The position numbers and the translations under genes were made by a program. A DNA stretch of 63,026 nucleotides, filler included, from Bigelowiella natans CCMP2755 (taxonomy: Eukaryota > Protista > Cercozoa): NCBI GenBank assembly GCA_000320545.1. It is 9 parts of 9 records of this genome, joined end to end, with 100 filler letters (N's around TTAATTAATTAA, not from the genome) between each part and the next. Parts side by side here need not be neighbours in the genome. Positions count along the whole stretch, not along the records: positions 1 to 9,621 come from ADNK01003325.1; positions 9,722 to 22,589 come from ADNK01003377.1; 7 more parts are not named here. The stretch is one strand, 5' to 3'. Below the pieces are notes generated by a model. That model searched no databases and was not told the origin of the DNA. It saw only the letters and a list, made by a program, of their open reading frames with translations. Shown one piece after another: positions 1-13,544 of this stretch (its first letter is position 1; the number at the start of each line of letters is the position of its first letter).

Positions 1-74
1 TTAGCCCGGAGCTTAAACTAGGTCAATGGCGCCAGGGAGATGCGGCAACGCAGGCAGCGGTTCTGTTCCAGCCT

Positions 75-138
<64 letters not shown>

Positions 139-190
139 GAATTTGCGGTTGATGGATTGCATGCATACTCGATGCCGATAACGGTGGTGC

Positions 191-228
<38 letters not shown>
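75..228. repeat. Two (ATG)n microsatellite tracts
   Basis: Directly visible runs at about 75-137 and 192-228. They generate the poly-H/I/M/S ORFs in the track. Confidence 0.9.
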
Positions 229-230
<2 letters not shown>

Positions 231-701
231 TAGCAGGGGAGAGGCACTCCGGATAATTTTATTCAGAACGGCTTCGAAAAGGATTTCGCGGCGAATAAGG
301 CAGAGAAAGCAGGCTACTACGACCGCTGCGTATCTGTGGAAAACAGCGTTCCCAGACGTGTCTTCTTCGGGTGCTGCTGCTCCCTCACGAAGCTTCTTCT
401 CCGAAGACGCCGATGAATTCGCGGTGGCAACGTCGCACATCTCGGTTCTCCTTCTTGTACAGTCTTCCTGGCAGTTGGGAAGCGGAGAAGTGGGGGGGGG
501 GATTCGGGCTGAGGAGCTGAGGAGCAACCACGCGGCGCAAGCGAATTTTATCCGCGTCGAGAGGAAAGGCGGATTTGTGAGCTGCGACAAGGATTTTAGA
601 CGAAAAAAGGCCGAAATACAGCCAGTTTACACGATTCTTGCTCCCTTTCGGGAGCAGGCCCAGCCAGAAAAAAATACATACAAGCCAGAGGAGGAAAAAT
701 A

Positions 702-2126
702 ATGGCGTCACGTCTCCGTGCGAGCGGGGGATTCTGTGGCCGCGTGCCAGCTAGCCTGCACAGGAGGCTGCTCTCCACGTCTTCGAAATTCACCAGCGGC
801 GCTTCTGTGGACTTCGAGGAGGTTGAGAAGTTCGGAAGGCTTGCGGAGAGGTGAGGAGTGGAAGCAGAGCACCGCTCAATGCTAAAACCGACTTGTTTCA
901 GGTGGTGGGACCCCAACGGCCCTCAGTCTATGCTGCAACTTATGAACCCGGTCGGTTTTTGTAAATGATATGCTTATGATTCTTAATGAAGCCTCTCCTG
1001 AAATCCTCCCCCCCACCCCCCGTAATAAAATAAAAGTCTCGGATTAGATACATACGCAACCGCTTGGGTCTTCAGTTTAGCAGGGAAGAATCCAGTTCCG
1101 GCTCGCTCCCGTTGAAGGGTTTGAGAATTCTCGACGTAGGGTGCGTGTTTTCTCGCGTCCTACAGCGCAGACCGCTCATGATCTTTCGAGCACTCGCCAA
1201 TATCATCATGTTACCATACAACTAATATACACATGTACATATGCACGTTGTCATGTTTCGATGGTTGTGCGGACGCAGGTGTGGCGGTGGATTCGCGTCC
1301 GAGAGTATGGCACGACTAGGTGCAGACGTACTCGGCCTCGACGCCTCCGAAGGTTGACAAGACCCCGTCTTTGTACTTCGTTAAGAAACCAGATTACACG
1401 CAACGAAGCACACATCTTGCTCCCCTTACCACACGCGTCGATAAATTTTTGGCGGGAGAAGGGGGAGGGGGGGACTGGTGGTGAGAGGACGAGTGGGGTG
1501 ACGGCACATCCACGTGTATCATATTATCAGATGCCATTGGGGTTGCGAAACAGCATGCTACTGAAAGTGGGTTGATGGGCGACGAATCTAGCGAGTACAA
1601 GCTTCAATACGAACACGGCGTGGCGGAGTACCTTGCGGAGCAGAAGATGCAGTTTGATGTGGTGACAGCTCTGGACATCATCGAGCACGTGCCGGAGCAG
1701 ACGCCCTTCTTATGCACTTGTTTGTCGCTCGTCAAGGTACTTGCTACACACACAAAATACACGCGCGCGCGCGCGCGCTGTAATCCGCATGCAAGCGCCA
1801 TTTTCGAACATGTGACTGGGGTTTGTCTCTATTCAACCATTTCCTGCAAATTCAAGCAGAGTAGCAATTAACTAACCGGGAAGTTTCGAGAGATGCTCTC
1901 TCCTCTCGCCGCAGAGAGAGCACATATGCGCCTCTCTTCTAGTATATCTTAGAGATTTGTTGTGAACCTTTATAGCCTGGTGGAGCAATGTTCGTATCTA
2001 CGCTCAACCGGACGCCATTATCGTATTCGCTGGCAATTGTTGCAGCAGAGTACGTCTTAAGGTGCTGAGTTATTTTTTTAAAACTGTACGTAAGCGATGA
2101 GAATATATTCGGCGGTCGCTCGCAAG

Positions 2127-2173
<47 letters not shown>

Positions 2174-2776
2174 TATATATTTTGTCTTTTGAAGGTATGT
2201 ACCGACAGAGACCCACGACTGGAATAAATTCGTCACTCCTGGTACTAGTGGTAGCGGTAGTAGTAGTAGTAGTAGTAGTAGTAGCAGCAGTGCAACGTTT
2301 ATCTATATAGGCATCAAATGAATGAAATAAACCGAATCAATAGAACTAATAAATAAACATGAAAGAAAGACGGTACTGCACAAAGCAAAACAGCTGCGAG
2401 AGCAAGATCTACGCGCAATGATCTTTCCCATAGAGAACACCCAAAGTCTTCAGTGAGTTCAGTGATCTCCACGAAATTGTATCGATATAACCCGGACGTG
2501 CTCTACGTTTTGCCTGATTGTTCATCGACTATACTCCATTTGTCGCCTTAATATTAATGACTGGCACATCCCACGCAATCAGATGAGCTCCAAGCGATGG
2601 TGAGTCACTACGAAGACTACGAGGTTCTGAACAGCTTGGCGTCTTCTGAGGAGGATACGGCGGCCATAGCTCTCGAGGACATGTCAGGGATCAAATATAA
2701 TCCCCTGAAGCGGCGTTGGGGGCTCGATCCCAATGACCTTGAAGTCAACTACATCGCGCACATCTCTAAGAGGTGA
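702..2776 (+). CDS. COQ3: Ubiquinone biosynthesis O-methyltransferase (COQ3/UbiG), multi-exon, with a probable mitochondrial presequence
   Basis: Exons translate to [16 protein letters not shown]|[27 protein letters not shown]|[23 protein letters not shown] (SAM-binding motif I), [47 protein letters not shown] and [14 protein letters not shown], ending at TGA 2774-2776. The N-terminus is Arg/Ser-rich. Confidence 0.95.
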
Positions 2777-3177
2777 CGAGAGGAAGGGGGGGGGGGTGCA
2801 TGATGCGATGAATAGTCGACTTCCCATAGCCTAAACGTCGTGTGCGCATGTACGAAGAGGATGCAGCCGTAATTCGATGGTTGTGACAGAATTAAAACCA
2901 CAGTATTCATCATAATCAAGCTACTGGTCATGCTGGATCGCTGTTGCTATTGCACAACTGCCTACTGCTCCATCATGCGACACTGCGCCACGACAGTGTT
3001 ACATGCAATTGGTGCGTGTTGGCATTGCTAGTACTAGAGTAGCGCATACGCATGATGGCATCATGCGCACCAACTGACGCCATATAACCGCAAATGACAT
3101 CGTCATGTGTGTTAAGCAGGAACAATGTGTTTTAAGTGTGTTATTAAAGTGGAGTTAAGGTGTTTAGAGCATATGTT

Positions 3178-3214
<37 letters not shown>

Positions 3215-3596
3215 CAGGCACGTGTCGTTACGTTGTTTCAGTCATGAATATTGACATGAAGGTGATGAACAGAACATTGTGAACAATCATGCAAATACCA
3301 GACTAAGATGAAAACTGTACACGCCCAGTTGCATCGACACAATTTCGTGGAGAACACCAAAGACTTCGGGTTTCTACACGAGAAAGATCAGTCGCCCGCT
3401 CTTGTTGCTGTACGTCTTGTTTGATGCTGTACTATTTATGTGTTTAATATATTCGTTCATGTCTAAATGTTTAGATTATGTTGCTAAAATTGATAAATTC
3501 ATGGGTATTCTGACCAGACGCTGACGGATATTCTTCAGTAGATCGTGTTCGCCACAACATCTCAGGAGTGTAGAACGTGCTAAGTCTATTTCCTGC

Positions 3597-4474
3597 TTAA
3601 GTCCTTCTTTTCTTTCGTGCTGGGCCTTCTTCCAATTCGGTGAACAGCTGTTTGCGGACTTCCCTCAGTAACTCGCCATGTTCAGCCAGAAAAATTGGGC
3701 AGGAGTGCAAAAAATGTCTAGTCCAGATTCTGCTGAAGTCCTTAGGAACTTTTGTCTTGAGCTCCGTGTTGCAGAAGGGACACCGTCCTGACTCACTATT
3801 ATTTTTGATGGAGTTAGAGAATTTCGTTTTGCCTTCGTTGTTTATCGTGGCGATAATTTTGTTTATGGGATCCTTCCAATCCGGGCGCATTCCAATTGCT
3901 ATTTCCAGCTGCGATATGTTTAAATTTTTGGTTTTGTGCTTCTTGACAGAGTGCTTGGGGGCTCGGTACTCCTTCTGTTTGCGTAGAGTTGTTCCAATAG
4001 AAGCCTTGACAGGTGGTGTTAGAACAGTCTGTTCGTCCATATTGTTATTTTTTTTAGTTTTCACTTCTCCAGGATGGCCACCTTCTGGGCTAGCGGCTCG
4101 GTACTCCTTCTGTTGATGCTTCCATGTAGCATCCAGCATGACAATCTCTTGAGCTTTACGTAGAGTTGTTCCAATAGGAGCCTGGACGGGTGGTGGTAGA
4201 ACAGGCTGGTCGTCCTCACAAGTAGCTTCTCGCGGTACACCCTCAACATTAGTAGCTTCTGGGCTGACGAATAATTTGACCTCGAATTTAATTACATCAT
4301 CAAGCGAAAAGGAGGCACCTCTTGCCGAAAATCGAGGCAAATTGGTACATCCCCATTGTCGGCAGGTTCTGGGAACGCCGGTGTGAATTTGTTCTCGGTT
4401 TTTCCTTCTTCTTCATCGAACAATAATGAAAAAATATCTTGCGGGGTATTGGGGGAAGTCGGTTCGCCGTCCAT
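3597..4474 (-). CDS. Hypothetical protein with an internal duplication, a putative C-terminal Cys/His zinc finger and a basic NLS-like tail
   Basis: 247-aa open frame with the repeat DDQPVLPPPVQAPIGTTLRK / DEQTVLTPPVKASIGTTLRK, CPFC...HFLHSC and a terminal RKKRR. A possible first exon (MDGEPTSP...) lies in an overlapping frame. Confidence 0.5.
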
Positions 4475-4666
4475 GCGGGCTGTGGGGGAAGGGGATTTTA
4501 TTGAGGGATTGCTGAGCTGAGGGTTGAAATGTGATTGCGAGAACGATGAAGCGAGAGGGTTACGGCAAGTTGTTGCAGCGTCCAGAGATGGACAATTTTG
4601 CAAAATTTCCGTCAAAAGGCGGGAATGAATCTTAAAATGCAGGCGTTTTTGGAGATGTCGCCAACA

Positions 4667-6141
4667 TGACGGATCTCAAGAAGCACGTGTGCAGAGCATA
4701 CTTACCAAACAGTACTCTATTGCCCCAGGAATTCTTGCGGACTTTTGCGACTCCAAAATTTGGATGTCGCATCCGCATTGACAACGGAAATTTAATGTCT
4801 ATTTTCAGGTATTAAAAAACGAGAGATTGCTGTAACTTACTGTACGAGTGCAAGCACAGGGGGAATCGAAGATGCGACAATTCCTTCAAGGGTTTACGGT
4901 TGAAGTAAATGACAGTCGGCTTTTGGCAAGTTTGCTCTCAAAACATTTCTGACAATATTTTAATCTCATTTCAAGTTCTCAGTGTAGTCGTCCCCACAAA
5001 AGATCCTGCGTTTAGTGCATATTACATCGAAGGTGGCACGAAGTGCTCCGAGATCCTTCCGAGAGCTACCAGAGTTGCATTCGAGTTTTGTGACTGCGGA
5101 GCTACCAACTTGGAAGTCAGCTTGAAAGGAAGGAAGGCGATGGAAAATGGTCCGCAAGCATGCTTTGACGCAATTTGCTTTCACATTCCTAACTCTCTTC
5201 TACTCCTAGAGTCAAAGTGGATCTCTAATTGGGAAGAAGCGTGCGGGGGATAAAATTGGATGCGCACCGCACGCACCGGCCCCTTTGAGAATGAAGGTGG
5301 ATCCTGACCACAAATCGAGGAGAGAAGTACATTGCGATGAAGTTATAGGAAAAACAATGATGTCGCAAAAACAAATGCACGAAGCCGCAAAGGTCATTAG
5401 TGGGGAGTAGGTGCTGAAATTGTCTTTTTTTTCCCTATAAATGTGCTGTGCAGTTTTCCTCCTTCAGGTTGTCATTTAGATAGCATTATTTGCCTTCCAC
5501 AGAATAACGGTATGGAGAGACTGATTGGCGCTGCCATTGGGAAAATGCCTAGGAACCCTCCGCCAGAAGTTTTGCCCAATGTCTCAATGGAGTCCTTTCA
5601 TCCGTTTGGTGTCGATAATGCGGAAGGAAATAACGCCATTACTTACAAAAGCATACTAACCTTGGAACCAGAAAAATTTGCAGAAGTTTCTAACATGAAC
5701 ACGTATCTCTATGTCAATGGCCATCGTTCAAAGGATGTGATTCGAGTAAGCAGGCGAATCAAAGACACACAACCATATCATGGTGAAAGAATAGAGTTTG
5801 AGAGGCCGGGGTTATTAGTTTCCTTTTCAAGATTTAATGCCTTCGCTCAAATCCTCAAGAAGATAAGCAAAAATACAGTCTACATGTGTGGGAAGATCAT
5901 GTTGAAATGCAACAGTCCCATAAAAACAGTGGAACTCTTGAACAAACAAGGATTGCAAATAAAAGGGAAAAACTATCCAGCAAGGCTGTACCCACTATCT
6001 TATTCCTCGACTGCCTTATCTTCACGCCATGCTGGAGAAAAGCCAAGTAAGTTTCTCACATTTGCGTGTTTTCAGTACATGAAACATATTCATTTTTCTA
6101 TACTCAGGAACTCACAGGTCTGAACAAGAGTTAAAAACATA
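4667..6141 (+). CDS. Orphan multi-exon hypothetical protein
   Basis: Several non-repetitive open frames bounded by GT/AG, including the 226-aa ORF 5443-6123. No family recognised; boundaries are approximate. Confidence 0.4.
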
Positions 6142-6683
6142 AATGATGAAGTCATACTGATGGGAAGATGTAGAGATGAACTCTCAATATACAGTTTTAC
6201 CGTATTCTTTCTTTTATACTTAATGATAATCTTCTTCTACTTTCCCTTTTGTTGAGGGGTAATACAAGGGAAGAAACGAAGTCAGACCATATATGACAAC
6301 AAGTCTAAAATTTAATGATATACTAATTCTATAATGTGTTTGAAATGTGGGGTTCGTGCAGTGGGGGACATGCCGACGATTCACAATATAAGGTGCTTTG
6401 AATTCTTGTTGGTTTGTCGCGGTACTGATGTAAACTAATTTAACAAAAAGCTCCTGCGACCAGCTGAAAGTGATGGCTCTGAAAAGTATTGTTGTGCGTT
6501 CCACATGCTATTGAAGCCCAGGTCCTTGCTACAAGCACGAGCTCAGTCGATAAGCGATTGCACCTTACTTTCTCATGTCTTTTACTACGTAGTGAAAGGA
6601 ACAACCCAAATTTCTTCTTTTTCTCCTGTGGGGATTCGTTCTACAAATTAAGACTCCATGTTATCGAAACTATCAAACACAAA

Positions 6684-8389
6684 ATGACGAGATCAATATC
6701 GAGTACCCTGCTGTTCAAGCACGGGGACTTCACACTGCAGCTGAGTTTTCCAGGCCTCCCAATCCCGTTTTACAAGGATCCAATGAACGAAGAACGGGTT
6801 CTCTTTCTGTTAGCCAATTCCAAGAAAGAGGAAACAGTCCAGGTCAAGGCGACGAAATTCGTAGCTTTGCAAGATATCCGGTGCGGGTCCTTGCCCATGT
6901 ACGACAGAGTCAAGGTGAAACCCGCAGGTGGGGCTTTAGTTACGATGGACGCCATCGTACGTTCTTCGTTCAGACCCAGTTGGGAAGATGTGACGGAAGA
7001 CTTGAGTAGCATCAAGAGCTTTCTTTGGAGTAAAGGTATTTCGCAGGAGGTGAAGTCCATAGTTTTCGAGCCGTCACCGCTGAGGCTGGAGATCAAATAT
7101 CGTTTCGCGGACATTTCTTTCACAGAAAAAGACCCCCGAAGCAGTGCAAAGAAGCGGTTTGAAGACACAGTGAGCAGGATATTGAAAGCATACTACGACG
7201 ATGTGAAGCTGCTAAATAAGGACACGGAATCGTCGATTACCATAGCACAAGAGTCTGATGGAACGTTGTACCCGACTACAAGCTCGACTTCTTGTAGCAC
7301 GGGACATTCGAGTAGTAGCATGGAATTCTCTCCGGCTCCCAGCAGGATGAATGACATGAAAGGTATACGTCAGAACCAGATCTCCATCCAAACTCTATGC
7401 TGTCGCGATTTCGTGTGAATAAGTTCTTGATCTTTTCTGCCCATATTGATCGAGATTCAATGTAGAGCGAGTTTTTACCCTTTAGTTGAGAAACTAGTAA
7501 GGGTTTCGGAGAATTTTATCATGAATAAATACGATCAACTGTATGGGGTATAATCATTTATGATCATGCACAAATGGCTCACAACAGACACTGTTTTAAA
7601 ATTTACACAGATTTTAGGCCCGATGAATCAGAGAGGAAATGCAAGCTGCAGTTCAGCATCAGGCTTCGATTGCCTGATAACCACGCGATAAATTACGGAA
7701 GGTTGTTAGTCAAAGCTGGGGAATTGATGAAGAAGGTGTATGGAGTGATTCCGACAGAATATCGAGATAGGGAAGAAGACATCGAACATGCTCCGGTAAG
7801 AGAAACCAGTGTAAATGAGAAGTTGATTGAGGTCTCACTGAAACTGATGAAGGTACCTTACATTTATTATACTGGAATAGCTACTTGTTTTTCGAGCTAA
7901 CAACCTAATTCTCAGGCGGAATACAACCCCCTGAACGCGTACAAAATAACCAAGAATGCATGGGAATTATGGGAGAAGACAACTCAACTTCCAGACGGCA
8001 TCACAAAGGGTGGACCGCCTGCAGTTACCCCAGGATGCATCAAGATAACTCAGTTCTTTATGATGGGAGCAGAGGCCAAACCTTCTGAGATGTTGGAGTG
8101 GTTGCTAGATGAGAAAAAACATCTCATGAGTACGCTCATGTTCAATGGAGAAACGGTCGGCGAGCTGGACATCAAATGTAGCTCTTCCGAGCAAAACCTC
8201 AATGGCGAGGAGTTGTGTGACAAACCTACAATAGGCCAATTGGAGAATAGGAAAAAGGAATTTGGACGAGCCCGAAATCACTTTAAAAACTCCTCCGCAG
8301 CTCTGCTGAAGACACCAGAACGGATGTCGCTGCGAGTGGCGAATGTGTTGGGAGTACACTCCAATAATTTGTTATTATTGTGTGCATGA
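6684..8389 (+). CDS. Orphan multi-exon hypothetical protein
   Basis: Long ORF (MTRSISSTLL...MNDMK) followed by frames 7610-7852 and 7917-8389 with plausible GT-AG introns. No family recognised. Confidence 0.45.
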
Positions 8390-9185
8390 ACAACAATGCA
8401 TTCCGATACTCCGTAACAACATTGACATTACTTGACGTTGGTTCTTGTTGACGTGCCATTGATCGCTGATCCATGTGTGCAGCTGCGTTTTCCGCCTGCA
8501 ATCTACAGCAATCTACAGCAATCTACAGCAATCTAGCGATGCAAATGTCTGCTAAATGTACATGACGTGCATAGTTAGGGTAGGGCGATATGACCACAAC
8601 GGCGCTCTTCCTTCCGTGTACACGTCTAGACGTGTGAATGAAGCCATGATTGATAATGCCGCATGCAGGTATATAATGATGCAACCAGCGCTAGCTAGAG
8701 CTGGCGGTACCGTCATTGAGCTAAATTGTTACGACTGCACACTCACATGTCGCTAGCTAGCTAGCTCTAGATGTCGATCATTCACAGCAAGTCAAGCTCT
8801 GATGGAGCATGTCTAGATGTGGCGCATAGTCTAGCAGCGCATCTTCGCATGTGGCGGCATGCGCTACTACATCGCTAGATCGCCCGTGATGCTGATGAAC
8901 ATGTTTAGCAACAAGCGTACAAACCAAACACCTCCCTGATAATGAAAGCATTGCTCTCGCCTCCCGGCGGATGCGCGCAAATTGGATGTGGCAGATGGAT
9001 GTTTATTCTTCCTCATCATCGTCTTCGTCGAGGCTTTCTTCATCATCGTCGTCATCACTACCAGCCAGCCTTATCGCAAGAAGATCACACAAGACATGTC
9101 AATCGTTAACACTATCTTCGCGTCGAGAAGCCCTTCTACACTCCACACGCACACACACACACACACACATACATACCCAAACGCA

Positions 9186-9230
<45 letters not shown>

Positions 9231-9497
9231 TAATGCCTGTACGTCTGTATGTAGGGAAAGACTACCCGTCCATGAAACCATCACCAGCGTCGTCACCATC
9301 GTCATCATCATCGTCATCGTCATCATCATCATCATCGTCGTCGTCGTCATCATCGTCCGATTCTCTCTCCTCCAGTGCCTTTTCATCTTCTTCATCGAGC
9401 TCTGATGATACGACCGAGGTGTGAGTGATACGCATAGAAACGACAAGCGCACACAAGCATATGCTACAACTATAGTGTGCTTGTGTGTGTGTGTGTG

Positions 9498-9533
<36 letters not shown>

Positions 9534-9621
9534 CACCTTCTGACTCAATCGCTTCCCCTCCATGACTATTGTTACTATCATTCGCATCGTCATCGCTGCC
9601 AGCATCATCTTCATCTTCCTC

Positions 9622-9721
9622 NNNNNNNNNNNNNNNNNNNNNNNNNNNNNNNNNNNNNNNNNNNNTTAATTAATTAANNNNNNNNNNNNNNNNNNNNNNN
9701 NNNNNNNNNNNNNNNNNNNNN
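9622..9721. other. Artificial contig spacer N44-TTAATTAATTAA-N44 (also at 22590, 41798, 46571, 49772, 54281, 58793 and 60484)
   Basis: The same 100-nt construct occurs eight times, and the 12-mer places stop codons in all six frames. Confidence 0.97.
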
Positions 9722-9797
9722 ATATCATCGGTTGTTGAGATGGTTATTACACGGGGTGAATAGTACGTTAGCATGAGCGCTTGCGCTCGCGCACACG

Positions 9798-9841
<44 letters not shown>

Positions 9842-9855
9842 AATTAATAAATATA

Positions 9856-9907
<52 letters not shown>

Positions 9908-10084
9908 CGCGCGCGCGCGCACTAGTGAATATTGAAGCGATAGAGGAAGACAAAATTTTCTAATTTTGAACACTCGGGGGGGGGTTACGTCTTTGTCCAC
10001 CCGCGCGTGTTCAGAACGAAGAGCACGTCTTTGACAACGATTGCGTTTTCACGCCTATGCCCTGGCCCCCCTCCCCAATAAGAG

Positions 10085-10172
<88 letters not shown>

Positions 10173-10247
10173 GTTGTATTGAAGGAAGCACAGACCTAAC
10201 GATGCCCCCCCCTCCCCCTCCCCCTCCCCCTCCCTGCCTCTGTTCAG

Positions 10248-10416
10248 CCTCCTGAAGACCTTAAGGAGAGAGAGGCGAAACTAAACAAATTGCTGGATCT
10301 ACTGAATAACTTTGAGGTGCGAGCATTAGCAGTACTATAGGTGTCGTCATCATTGCCCTTACGCGTTACTCTTCTTGCCATTTAGACCGTTGAAGTCCCC
10401 CCCCCTCCTACTCCTC

Positions 10417-10454
<38 letters not shown>

Positions 10455-10739
10455 GCCGCTCTTCACCAGCAGCAGCATCAGCAAGAAAGCGAGGACTTAG
10501 TTGTCGTGCCCCCCCCCGTTGTGACTGGTGGGGGGGGCAGCGACCCTCGCGTGGATGATGCGGAGCAGCCGGCTGAGGCAGAGGGGGAAGCAGCAGCAAC
10601 GGCAGCAGCAGCGGCGCCAGTAGAGACCGAAGAGAAAGCCAACGATGGCGAGGGAGATCAATCAGAGGCGGAAATGAGCGGGGGCGCTGCAGCAGCGGAG
10701 GCAAAGGCCGAGGGGACCGGACTGCCAACAAGCGAGTAA
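10248..10739 (+). CDS. 3' exons of an unknown protein with an acidic, Ala-rich tail
   Basis: cag|PPEDLKEREAKLNKLLDLLNNFE|gt followed by a terminal exon ending ...GTGLPTSE*. Confidence 0.35.
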
Positions 10740-11772
10740 AGAGGGCGTCTGCGACAGCAAGACAGGCATCACGGAAAGTTGTCATTATCATTTATTAGCG
10801 ATTGGAAAGCAACAGCAGCTTGCGGCGCTCGCTCGGTGTCGACCATCGAGCCTCGAAGCCCTGCCTTTTCATTGACGACATGCATGTCACTGCGCACGCA
10901 AGTTAGCTAGGAAAGCTCTCTCATGTGCAGTCTTCGCTTGTTTCGCCATGAAGCTAGCGGCTGGTTGTTTGAACGAATTTAATTTCTGCTGTGCATGCAT
11001 GCGCGCGGCATCATACCTGTAGCACTATAGCACTGCACCGAACCGCTACACACATGTTGCTCCAACATCATTCTCTGTGTGTGGCTTTCGATCATCTTGT
11101 TCGCACGGCAATCTCTGTATAGATCTGGGTGTCACTGCACATGGCTAGCTAGCTAGATGGGACCGCTAAGCGACTCGGGCATGTAGCAAAACGTGTAGTA
11201 TATGTCTAGCAGAGGTGCACATGCATGGTCCATGATGCTACATAGCATGCGTGCACTAGTGTACCTCACACATTGCACGTACAGCAGCAGCCACGCATGT
11301 GCTAGAACAACTGAAAAGTTTTAATCATTTCATCACATACGTCTCATGCGTGCTAGCGTGTGCATACTGTGTGCATGTTGTGTGCATGTGCTGCACATCG
11401 CATCAATGCAACTAACATGAACACAACAGTTGATTTTGCACATCTAGAAGAGACACTTGCTAGCATGTGCATGCAATCTAGCAATGCAAAACACGAAATG
11501 TTCAACACACGCGATCTACACCACTCTAGCACCACGTACTGTCTAGGCTGTGCCCATGCTAGCATGCGACGACGCGTCGCACCCTACCGCTGTGCGTGCT
11601 AGCATGACTACGCATTTCAACATTTATGTAATGTATCGATTGATGAGATCTCATCTAGACATGATGACAACACCATGCGCTGCATGTTCCATGAATGTGC
11701 AGCAAAGCGGTTGCACCGGAGCTAGGCAACGGTACGAGTAGCGGTTCGATCGATGGCAGGATTTCGAAACGA

Positions 11773-12478
11773 TCATCTTGTTGTCGCCACCAACAAGCCC
11801 TCCTCCTCCTCTTCTCTCACACTTCGTTCATTGTCATTATCCCCGCCCCCGCCCCTACTCGTACTATCACCAGTAGCGAGAAAGCACGTGCGAACCGCCT
11901 CCGCGCCATCATCGTCATTCACGTCGCTCTCCCCAGAGATGTACTTTGGATGACGATGCGCCCTCGGGGCCTTGATAACAATAGCGTCGTCATGGTACGC
12001 CCCCGCCTCTGCGATATCTTTGGACATCAACCCCGTCGCATCCGCGTTGGAGGTCTCGGAGTACTCACCAGTCTTTTGCCTGTGTGCACACCATCAAAAT
12101 ACGTCAGGAAACCCCACACCCCGCCACCCCATATCAAGCTTTTATGCCATGCGCAGCAGAGGAGTGATTGCCAAAAACATCGATCGGAGAAGCCTCGCTG
12201 CTCGTAGATGGGGGTTGGGGGAGAGGACAGCTCGTCTTCTTCGATCTTCGTCGAGATCCCCAGCGGCGCATAAAACGGCACGATGGGAAGAAAAACAGGA
12301 GATATTGAATAGAGTTTAGCATATTCCTCGAAGCAGCACCTTGTGTCGTTGTTGCTGGCACTGCTGTTGTTGGCGCCCATAATCCACGTATCGACCATCC
12401 AGAAGCCACACGACGTCATGACCAGCGGTGCGACAACCATCACTAGTATCAGCTTCACCTTTGGTGAGAGAAGAGAGG

Positions 12479-12518
<40 letters not shown>

Positions 12519-13493
12519 GAGGCAAGAATGTCATCACCATCATCAGCAGCGCAACAAGAAGACGAAGAAGGAAAAGGAGAGAAAAGAAGCGCGAGGCAAC
12601 AACAATAGATGCTAGTTTGCATGTAGCTAATTTGTTTTTTGGGGGGGGGGGGGGAGTAAGAAATCCGAGCCAGCCTTTTAAGTCATTATCACTGCGCTGT
12701 CTGCTTCATGGTGAGTTTTACTATTCTCACACCTTTGGCGCTTGATGCAGTGGGAACAGCAGATAGTAGCCTGAATGGTCGATCTCATGCAAGAACATCA
12801 TCTCCACGATGAAGATGGCGGATTTCGTGATCGCGACCATCAGCACCCACACCAGGCACTGTACCAAAAGAAAGACGAACGAGAAAACGACGTAGTAGGG
12901 AGAGAGAGGGGGGGGGGGGGGGGGGTTAGGGCTAGGATTCGTATATTTATCCCTAAGGCGAACACGGTACTACCGATCCCGAGCCGAATGTCATATTTCA
13001 TCACATCGATGCAAACAAGCTAAGCATCGCCCCCCCCCATCATGAGCTACTGATAGAGCCACACAGTAATGCTGGGCGGGCTGCCGTATTCGCCTGTTCT
13101 AGGGACTGATCGGTGGGGGAACAGTATCGAATGCACAATGTATTCATAGCTTCGCAGCACCGCGAGGAGCAGCAAGAGGCCGAATATCGTGTCTAAGTGG
13201 GACGGAAAGGGGGGGGGGGGATTTGGCGGGATCAAAGAGGCCGAATTGGAAGAATAGCCGCATGCGTAGCATTGAACGGGGTTAGAAAGAAAGCATTGCC
13301 CTGTTTGTTTCGATATCGATGATTTGAAGCTTCAGAACATATAAGTGTGAGTTGGAGGACGCCTACGAGAGCTCAGGGAACGTTCATCTGGCGACTGCCC
13401 TCCACACGCAGCGAAGATGACTTCATCGCATTTGCCAAAGAGATAGGACACTTGGGCGATGGTAAAATGTGTGCATTTGGAAAACATACGCTA

Positions 13494-13544
<51 letters not shown>

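Noticed and set aside
18-590. Minus-strand ORF containing TTVIGIEY, reminiscent of a proteasome beta subunit N-terminus
   Set aside because: No following GGVV..ADSR-type motif was found, and the frame is held open by (ATG)n repeats.
5443-6123. Faint resemblance to a protein-primed PolB exonuclease region
   Set aside because: No Exo or polymerase catalytic motifs (DxE, YxDTDS) were found.
9666-9677. TTAATTAATTAA motif recurring eight times
   Set aside because: Always centred in 100-nt N blocks; it is an artificial six-frame-stop linker.
8867-10191. Many ORFs with poly-HT, CV, YI, D or S runs, here and throughout the window
   Set aside because: These are translations of microsatellites with no independent coding evidence. 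A minus-strand acidic exon near 9260-9420 is possible but unsupported.
12920-12937. Telomere-like GGGTTAGGGCTAGG
   Set aside because: Only one or two units next to a G homopolymer inside an intron.
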